DNA from: Synechococcus sp. | GTDB lineage: Bacteria; Cyanobacteriota; Cyanobacteriia; Thermostichales; PCC-7336 | Length of the DNA stretch: 12,751 nt | Assembly (NCBI GenBank): GCA_051439605.1 | Contig: JBFRWN010000048.1 | Location: 1 to 12,751, forward strand | Direction: 5' to 3' | In this document: positions 6,509 to 12,751 of the stretch, one piece after another | Layout of the letters: each line of letters starts with the position of its first letter | Position numbering within the stretch: position 1 is the stretch's first letter | Translations under genes and position numbers: made by a program | The notes under the pieces: generated by a model | The model's database searches: none | Told to the model about the DNA's origin: nothing | Seen by the model: the letters and a program-made list of their open reading frames with translations, nothing else

Positions 6509-7330
6509 TTATGCCGATTGGCATTCAGGACAGTAATAGCAGCGGCGACCTCCTAAGGTTTCCTTCACGATTGGCGATCCACAGGCGTAACAGGGTTTAC
6601 CTTTACGACTGAAAACATAAAATCGATAATCGCGGCGTCGATACCCCTCTGATTTGAGTGCCAAGGCGGTATCGAGGTCGTTAGTAATCCCTTTGGTGCG
6701 GTAGGACTGCCGGCTCACGCTCAGGATGCTGTCTGCCAATGTCTTTAGTTGGAAGGCGGTACAATCAATCGGGCGCATTGAGGGATGAAGTCCAGAAACA
6801 AATAAGATTTCGCTGCGCAGGTAATTGCCCAATCCGCACAAACAATGTTGGTCGAGTAAAAGAGTGCTGAAACGTCGGTGGTTGAACTGCTTTTCCAGCA
6901 GGCGATCGCCCACTTGCTGGGCGGTGGTGGCTTCATCTAGCACGTCAGGGCCGAGTTTGCTCAAAAACGGATGTTCTGGAATGTCGCTATCTGTCAAAAC
7001 GGAAATATCTGAGGCGCTATAAAGCAGGGCGGATTTGCGATCGGTGTGTATCGCCAGACGCAGTTGACGCTTGGTCTCTGGAAACTGATATGGCTTTCGA
7101 ATCATCCAGACACCATAGAGCTGATTGTGGCTGTAGATACTCAGGTGATTGGCAAATCGAATCAACATTGCCTTACCACGCGGTTGCACGCGCACGACCT
7201 GCTGTCCCGTAAGATTTGCTTCGTACATTTTCAGCCGCTCGAAGGCGAAAAATACCTCGGTGGTCGGACGGTCGAGGATGGCGGCGGCGATGCGATCTGC
7301 AGCTTGTCGAACTTCTGGACCTTCAGGCAT
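6509..7330 (-). CDS. nei: Endonuclease VIII (Fpg/Nei DNA glycosylase/AP lyase)
   Basis: N-terminal PEGPE, RGKA, YSHNQLYG.W and LLYSASDI (Nei-specific), H2TH GLGNYLRSEIL, and a C-terminal zinc finger CYAC...CPEC. Confidence 0.93.
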   Translation of the reverse strand: MPEGPEVRQAADRIAAAILDRPTTEVFFAFERLKMYEANLTGQQVVRVQPRGKAMLIRFANHLSIYSHNQLYGVWMIRKPYQFPETKRQLRLAIHTDRKSALLYSASDISVLTDSDIPEHPFLSKLGPDVLDEATTAQQVGDRLLEKQFNHRRFSTLLLDQHCLCGLGNYLRSEILFVSGLHPSMRPIDCTAFQLKTLADSILSVSRQSYRTKGITNDLDTALALKSEGYRRRDYRFYVFSRKGKPCYACGSPIVKETLGGRRCYYCPECQSA

Positions 7331-7505
7331 TACTAATTCGAGCGGGGGTGTATGTGTAGGGGTAAGTTCAGTGTGACAGAGACTGCCATTGGAGTGAGTG
7401 CGATGAAATGAAGACTGGCCCTACCAGGCTGCCCCAGCCACTTTTCGACGGGAAATTCCTGCTGTAGCCTAGATAAGCATTCCTATCCAGCCCCAATCTA
7501 ACCCT

Positions 7506-8033
7506 ATGCTGCCTATTCCTCCCCCCAAAAACGAACTGCAATACCGTGCCATTGGTTTCATCAAGGGGAGACTGGAGGCTATTGATGGATACGCACAGGC
7601 AATGCTGGTGACAGAAGATGGAGGCGAGCATCCTGCTACCCCCGGTCGCATTGAACTACTGGACAAATTCAATCACTGTGTTGAAACCGGGGGAACTTAC
7701 TGGTTCTACGTTCATCCTCAGCCCCGCAACGATCGCATGGGATACGGTATTGTTCGCATTGCCACCGATATCGCAAGCGAGCCTGAAGAAGGATTTTTGC
7801 CTGCACCTGAAGACGCCGAGGCTGGGTTTAATCTGCGCGGCAACGTGGAAGCGAGAGGGGATGTGTTAATGGTGTTAGTGGAACGCAAACCCAGCGGGCC
7901 ACGAACGTTCCCTCCCCTCAAAATTCCGGTACAGGGCTTTTTACCCGGTATTGACGGGGGGCAGTTTTGGGATCTGTGGGTCGAGCAAGATGGCCAGGAT
8001 TTGGTTCTAGTGGATGGAACCCGCATTGCATAG
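7506..8033 (+). CDS. Conserved cyanobacterial hypothetical protein
   Basis: 175-aa ORF with the PIPPP..LQYRAIG N-terminal motif, FNLRG and GQFWDL, which I recognise from cyanobacterial hypotheticals. Function unknown. Confidence 0.7.
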   Translation: MLPIPPPKNELQYRAIGFIKGRLEAIDGYAQAMLVTEDGGEHPATPGRIELLDKFNHCVETGGTYWFYVHPQPRNDRMGYGIVRIATDIASEPEEGFLPAPEDAEAGFNLRGNVEARGDVLMVLVERKPSGPRTFPPLKIPVQGFLPGIDGGQFWDLWVEQDGQDLVLVDGTRIA

Positions 8034-8124
8034 ACGTTGGTGCACAGAAGGGTTTGTCTGGACGATAGACGATCGATCGTTGCTTATCGCTTGAGATTGA
8101 TATGTAAATGGGTAAACCAAGTAC

Positions 8125-8673
8125 GTGACGATTACCCTGGTGACCGGTCCTGCTCGCTCTGGCAAAAGCGCCTTTGCGGAGGTTCTGGCTGGGCAATTTC
8201 AGCAGCCCGTCACGTATATAGCGACAGCGCGTGAAAGTTCTAGCGATCCTGAATGGCAGGAGCGGATTGACTTACATCGCCAGCATCGCCCATCGGATTG
8301 GACGACTTTAGAGGTGCCGTTCGAACTGTCTCGGGCGATTGCCCAGGCTGGAGGTGGACAAACCTACTTGGTTGACTCTTTGGGCACCTGGGCCGCGAAC
8401 TGGATTGAGGCAGATTCAGACCTGTGGCAGCAACAGGTTAACGACCTATTGGAAGCGATAACGGTCTGCAAAGCCGATTGCGTATTTGTGGGGGAAGAGG
8501 TGGGCTGGTCGGTGGTTCCCGCCTATGAGTTAGGGCGGCTGTTTCGCGATCGCCTCGGGGTACTCAATCAACACATTGGAGCGCTAGCTCAGTCAGTCTA
8601 TTTGGTAACTGCTGGATTTGCCATTAACTTGACGCAGGTAGGAATCCCGGTTTCAACTTCTGCAGAGTTATAG
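8125..8673 (+). CDS. cobU: Bifunctional adenosylcobinamide kinase / adenosylcobinamide-phosphate guanylyltransferase
   Basis: GTG start, P-loop TGPARSGKS, YIATA, EWQERI..H..HRP, LVDSLGTW, EEVGW and GRLFRDRLG.LNQ. Confidence 0.95.
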   Translation: MTITLVTGPARSGKSAFAEVLAGQFQQPVTYIATARESSSDPEWQERIDLHRQHRPSDWTTLEVPFELSRAIAQAGGGQTYLVDSLGTWAANWIEADSDLWQQQVNDLLEAITVCKADCVFVGEEVGWSVVPAYELGRLFRDRLGVLNQHIGALAQSVYLVTAGFAINLTQVGIPVSTSAEL

Positions 8674-8781
8674 TGTTGTATCGCTTGAATGCTTCAAATG
8701 GTTCCTTAGGCATTCCTGGCAGGTCTAACAGCACTGATTGAATCAGATCGCAGGTTCTTGTCAGCATCCAGTTGTGACGCA

Positions 8782-9261
8782 ATGCACTCTATCTTTATGT
8801 ATGGCTCGAATTTGTACCTGCCTCGACTGCGAAAGCGGGCGCCGGAATGGGATGGCAAGTTTCGGGTGGGCCAGCTGCCAAACTTCGAACTCAAATTTCA
8901 CAAACGATCGTGTCTTTATCAAGTGGCGGCTAGTATTTCCCCTCACCCCTACCGCACTGTGTGGGGCATCGCAATCCAGCTCAATGAAACCGATCTGGAG
9001 CGGATGGATGGGTTTGAAAGTGTGTCGCTCAAGCCCAAGCAGTACAGCCGCCACTCAGTGACTGTAAAACTGATAGGCGAACAATCTGTCGAGGCGCAAA
9101 CTTATATCGCAGAACCTGATTTTGTGGTGGATGGGCTAAATCCTACAGTGGACTATCTCAACTTTGTTGTGGAAGGAGGGCGGCACTGCGGACTCCCCGC
9201 TAGTTATCTAGAGGCGATCGCTCGACTCGGAACAGCAAACTCACGAACATACCTGCTCTAG
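8782..9261 (+). CDS. Gamma-glutamylcyclotransferase family protein
   Basis: FMYGSNL signature, F.LKFHK, VWG, MDGFE (putative catalytic Glu), Y.R and GLP.SY. The ATG at 8782 is preferred over the TTG at 8758. Confidence 0.82.
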   Translation: MHSIFMYGSNLYLPRLRKRAPEWDGKFRVGQLPNFELKFHKRSCLYQVAASISPHPYRTVWGIAIQLNETDLERMDGFESVSLKPKQYSRHSVTVKLIGEQSVEAQTYIAEPDFVVDGLNPTVDYLNFVVEGGRHCGLPASYLEAIARLGTANSRTYLL

Positions 9262-9314
9262 TATTTCGATAGCAATCTCCCGAACTCGCATCTCAATAGC
9301 CCTTATTATTCGCA

Positions 9315-10163
9315 ATGCACCCCTTTTCACCGGTTTCCTCTCTAGAGCTCTTTCGCTGTATCCGTTGCGATTTCTCCCCACTGGCGTCCAGTCAAACTAC
9401 ATCCACGTTATCCGCCCCCCGACTGTCGCCAAATAGCAAAGTGTATTGCACCAACTGTGGAGCCACCTATCCGGTCTTGAACTGCGGCGCGGTTGATTTT
9501 CTGGGCAAGAGCTATTACCCCTGGCAGCTTACCCCTGCACAGGCGATCGCCCACAATGCCCCCTTCGCATGGTCCTACGAGCGATTGTGGCGCACCAATG
9601 CCCTGACGCTCCTCAGCGGTGAGGCATTTCCACCCGAACGAGAAGCCACCCTACTGCGCAATCTCGTCGATCTGTCGGGGCCCGTGCTCGATTTGGGGGC
9701 AGCAAGTGGTTTGTGGAGTCGTTGGCTGCTCGAACAAACCCCGTCTGCCACTGTTATTGCTCTCGAAAACTCCGCCCCCCTTTTAGAGGAAGCTGCTAAA
9801 CGGTCTCGGCCTGAATGGCAAAACTATTCTCTAGTCAGGGCTCGTGCTGAGCAGTTGCCGTTCAGAGACAGTGGATTTACCACTGTAATGAGCGGAGGAT
9901 CTCTGAACGAGTTGTCTTTGAAGGAAACCCTAGCTGAAGTTGCACGGGTACTTAAACCAGGCGGCTCCTTTGTTTCCATGCACATCGGAGCAGTGTCCGG
10001 TTGGGGGCGTCCCCTACAACAGTTAATTTCTCAAGTGGGGATGGAGTTCTACTCCCAATCAATCATGAAAGATGCGCTCAGCCAGGTCGGATTAAGTGTG
10101 ACACGCTACCTATCGTTTGGCGCTATCGTATTCCTTACGGCATCGCCGCCCCCTATCCGGTGA
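9315..10163 (+). CDS. Zn-ribbon + class I SAM-dependent methyltransferase (Methyltransf_11-like)
   Basis: N-terminal CIRC...CTNC, then YERLWR, motif I VLDLGAASG, ARAEQLPF and EVARVLKPGG. Confidence 0.85.
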   Translation: MHPFSPVSSLELFRCIRCDFSPLASSQTTSTLSAPRLSPNSKVYCTNCGATYPVLNCGAVDFLGKSYYPWQLTPAQAIAHNAPFAWSYERLWRTNALTLLSGEAFPPEREATLLRNLVDLSGPVLDLGAASGLWSRWLLEQTPSATVIALENSAPLLEEAAKRSRPEWQNYSLVRARAEQLPFRDSGFTTVMSGGSLNELSLKETLAEVARVLKPGGSFVSMHIGAVSGWGRPLQQLISQVGMEFYSQSIMKDALSQVGLSVTRYLSFGAIVFLTASPPPIR

Positions 10164-10194
10164 TTGTTTTCCCCTAATTTCCAGGAGCTCTCCC

Positions 10195-10725
10195 TTGCAA
10201 GAAATTACTGTCACCTGGGATGACTATCGACGCAAAGTCGAGCAGTTAGCCGTACTCGTTCATGACAGCGAATGGGAGTTCGATCAAATTGTGTGTTTGG
10301 CCAAGGGGGGGCTGAGAATAGGAGATGTATTTGCCCGTTTGTACGGTCTGCCCCTAGCGATTCTTTCGGCTTCTTCCTACGGAGGAGCCAGCGGTCGCCA
10401 AAGGGGGAAGCTCATCTTTTCTAGAGACTTGTCCATGACCACTGCCAACTTAGGCAGTCGGATTTTGCTGGTGGACGATCTGGCGGATTCTGGTTGGACC
10501 TTAAAGCGGGGGGTGGAGTGGCTGCAGTCCTACTATGGGTTTTATGTCGAGGAGGTCCGCACGGCGGTGTTGTGGTACAAGGCTTGTTCCATCTATCAAC
10601 CTGACTACTACGTTGATTTTCTAGAAGATAGCCCTTGGATTCACCAGCCCTTCGAACCCTACGAACACATGTCTCCTGCCGACTTATCAAACAGCCTTAA
10701 AGAGCCAGGGTTCCCAAACAAGTAG
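10195..10725 (+). CDS. Type I phosphoribosyltransferase (xanthine/guanine/hypoxanthine PRT-like), TTG start
   Basis: PRPP-binding loop ILLVDDLADSGWT, plus CLAKGGL, RTAVLWYK and PDYY..WIHQPFE. SD AGGAG at 10183-10187 lies 7 nt before TTG 10195. This start removes the overlap implied by the track's 10117 start. Confidence 0.88.
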   Translation: MQEITVTWDDYRRKVEQLAVLVHDSEWEFDQIVCLAKGGLRIGDVFARLYGLPLAILSASSYGGASGRQRGKLIFSRDLSMTTANLGSRILLVDDLADSGWTLKRGVEWLQSYYGFYVEEVRTAVLWYKACSIYQPDYYVDFLEDSPWIHQPFEPYEHMSPADLSNSLKEPGFPNK

Positions 10726-10789
10726 GACAAATTATTCGCGGGGACTGACCGATCGCGATTGCTGACCGCCTGTCGATCGCCGAGGGGAC

Positions 10790-10798
10790 TGCTAGAAT
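10790..10798 (+). promoter_or_regulatory. Extended -10 promoter (TGcTAGAAT) for hflX
   Basis: TG-n-TAGAAT, 5/6 match to TATAAT. Predicted TSS near 10805. Confidence 0.55.
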
Positions 10799-10832
10799 AC
10801 GGAGCACTCCAACAGCGTTCTGCAGGCAACAT

Positions 10833-12515
10833 ATCGATACACTTTACGGACATCTCAACGGACTAAAGCCCTTCCAAATCAAGCAGCTTAAGCGCTTGTA
10901 TCAACAGCGTTTGCCCCAAGATCGCTTGCTCACGGCGGAATTTGCCCAGCGATTGGGGGCGATCGCCTCTGAACTCCGTCCACAGGCAGTCAGTGCCTAT
11001 ATCAATCGTCGCGGTCGGGTGATTCGAGTGGCGATCGGCAATCCGATTGAAACTCAAATTCCGCTAATCGAGCTTCCCCGCCAGGGGGCAGAACGCTTGT
11101 CGGGGATACGCTGTATCACCAGTCAGTACAGCCAGAAACCCCCCAGTCAGCAGGCCCTGATTGCAATGGCCCTGCAACGGTTAGATGCCCTGGTCACCCT
11201 CCACGTCACGGGGCAAGGCTCCAGCGGAAAAAAAGGGCGTGGAGCAGCCGGTTACGTCACCACCGCCCACGTGTCCCACTTAGCCCCTGACGAGAGCCAA
11301 CGCTGGTGGGTGTCTGAATTACAGCAACTGAGCGCTGTGATAGAAGACGACTTTCTAGAACTGGTGGAAGGGCTGGAGTCAGAATTTAGCCGCCTCTATT
11401 CCAACCGTCAGGTGGACAGTACCCGCGATCGCACGGTGTTAGTGGGAGTATTAACGTCCGATTTGACAGAGCTTCAGCTTGAGGAACGTTTATCAGAACT
11501 CGAACTCTTGGTGGATAGTGCCGGGGGGGAAGTCTTGAACCACATGTGGCAGCGGAGAGAGACCGTTCATCCTAAATCGGCGATTGGCCCAGGCAAAGTG
11601 CAGGATTTGGCCTTAATGGTGCAGGATTCTGGTGCCAATATGGTGGTGTTCGATCGCGAGCTTTCCCCTAGTCAGGTGCGTTTTCTGGAGGAGCAGGTGG
11701 GCGCGCGAGTGGTCGATCGCACGGAGGTAATCTTGGACATCTTCGCTCAGCGGGCGCGCACGCGGGCGGGGAAGCTGCAGGTTGAGCTCGCCCAGTTGGA
11801 ATATCTCATGCCCAGATTGGTGGGGCGGGGCCGGACGATGTCTCGATTGGGGGGCGGAATTGGTACCCGCGGACCGGGGGAAACTAAGCTAGAGATGGAG
11901 CGGCGGTCAATTCAGCGCCGCATTAGTCTGCTGCAGAGTCAGGTGACGCAACTGCAGGCTCACCGTCGGAGACTGCGCCACAAGCGGCAGCAGCGGGATA
12001 TTCCCACCATTGCGATTGTGGGATACACCAATGCCGGTAAATCCACATTGCTGAATGCATTAACGGCGTCTGATGCCTACGCGGCCGATCGCCTATTTGC
12101 AACCCTCGATCCCACAACTAGGCGGCTACAGCTTGATGCCAAAACCCCCTTGCTACTCACCGATACGGTGGGCTTTTTGACCGAGCTACCTCCGCAACTG
12201 GTGGATGCTTTCAGGGCTACTCTCGAAGAAGTGACGGAGGCTGATGCCCTTTTACATGTGGTCGATTTGTCCCACCCTAGCTGGTTAGAACAGATTGAGG
12301 CGGTGGACAGGCTGTTGGATGATATGGCAGTAGCGACGGGGCCGCGCCAACTGGTGTTTAACAAGATCGATCGCGTTTCCAGTCGAGTGCAAGACCTGGT
12401 GCAGAAGCAATATCCGCGTTCTTTGCAAGTCTCGGCAAAAGAGCGTCTCAATTTTGAACAACTTCTTACCGTCTTAAAGCGGTTTGCCAAAGCCAATACA
12501 TTGCAGGTTCGTTAG
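10833..12515 (+). CDS. hflX: Ribosome-splitting GTPase HflX, long cyanobacterial form; probable ATC start
   Basis: G1 GYTNAGKS, G2 LFATLD, G3 DTVG, G4 NKID, G5 SAK, plus ILDIFAQRA..GKLQVELAQL and GGIGTRGPGETKLE. The frame extends 21 codons upstream of the track's TTG (10896) as IDTLYGHLNGLKPFQIKQLKR. Confidence 0.93.
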   Translation: MDTLYGHLNGLKPFQIKQLKRLYQQRLPQDRLLTAEFAQRLGAIASELRPQAVSAYINRRGRVIRVAIGNPIETQIPLIELPRQGAERLSGIRCITSQYSQKPPSQQALIAMALQRLDALVTLHVTGQGSSGKKGRGAAGYVTTAHVSHLAPDESQRWWVSELQQLSAVIEDDFLELVEGLESEFSRLYSNRQVDSTRDRTVLVGVLTSDLTELQLEERLSELELLVDSAGGEVLNHMWQRRETVHPKSAIGPGKVQDLALMVQDSGANMVVFDRELSPSQVRFLEEQVGARVVDRTEVILDIFAQRARTRAGKLQVELAQLEYLMPRLVGRGRTMSRLGGGIGTRGPGETKLEMERRSIQRRISLLQSQVTQLQAHRRRLRHKRQQRDIPTIAIVGYTNAGKSTLLNALTASDAYAADRLFATLDPTTRRLQLDAKTPLLLTDTVGFLTELPPQLVDAFRATLEEVTEADALLHVVDLSHPSWLEQIEAVDRLLDDMAVATGPRQLVFNKIDRVSSRVQDLVQKQYPRSLQVSAKERLNFEQLLTVLKRFAKANTLQVR

Positions 12516-12674
12516 ACTGTTTAGCTCTCCAACTTTTACTGGGTTGCGAATCAACTGCCCTCAAACCCGATGCCCAATTCCTAAACAGAGACCCCTAGGT
12601 AAATGGCGCAGGTTATGCATCTTCCCTGTCGGGGCGACACACAAGCTAAGAAGCAGCCATAGCAAGTTTTATAG

Positions 12675-12719
12675 CCCTCATCCCTCGCTTGTAAAAGGGG
12701 AGCTTTCGAGGGTTGAGGG
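12675..12719. repeat. GC-rich inverted repeat (REP/small dispersed repeat-like, or a terminator)
   Basis: ccctcatccctcg (12675-12687) / cgagggttgaggg (12707-12719), 12 of 13 bp paired, with a 19-nt loop. Confidence 0.55.
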
Positions 12720-12751
12720 AGATATATTGATCGAATAACTCCCAGAGAGAC

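Larger units (their letters stand above)
141..11432. repeat. HIP1 octamer GCGATCGC, dispersed
   Basis: Perfect copies seen at 141, 597, 1631, 2325, 3373, 3733, 3904, 4637, 5930, 6902, 8546, 9214, 9543, 10959 and 11425. Fewer than one is expected by chance in this length. Confidence 0.92.

Noticed and set aside
8069..8080. 12-bp palindrome acgatcgatcgt
   Set aside because: It is explained by the genome-wide enrichment of HIP1/CGATCG sequences.
8104..8124. NtcA-like GTA...TAC before cobU
   Set aside because: The spacing is N7 (GTAAACCAAGTAC), not N8, and the site abuts the start codon.
10117..10194. Track start for the PRTase overlapping the methyltransferase
   Set aside because: TTG 10195 with an AGGAG SD fits better and removes the overlap.
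12484..12738. 84-aa ORF overlapping the hflX end, plus the many antisense or nested ORFs in the track
   Set aside because: No homology cues or ribosome-binding sites. They are frame shadows of real genes.

Overview
Cyanobacterial chromosomal window: about 15 perfect HIP1 octamers (GCGATCGC) counted by eye, plus the phycobilisome core gene apcF. Gene order: 3' part of an RTX-like Gly/Asp-repeat secreted protein (+), apcF (+), tlyA (+), DUF5009/HGSNAT-like membrane protein (+), a 50-aa Arg/Lys-rich protein (-), RRM RNA-binding protein (-), SAM methyltransferase (-), nei (-), then a + strand run of a cyanobacterial hypothetical protein, cobU, gamma-glutamylcyclotransferase, Zn-ribbon methyltransferase, purine phosphoribosyltransferase and long-form hflX. 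I saw no mobile element, CRISPR array, tRNA or rRNA. The two most interesting signals are both translational. (1) The small basic protein gene has a ~180-nt structured leader with tandem hairpins, a possible H-type pseudoknot and a 43-codon upstream ORF whose start lies in a stem and whose end overlaps the main gene. (2) hflX appears to start at a non-canonical ATC codon (10833) downstream of an extended -10 promoter.
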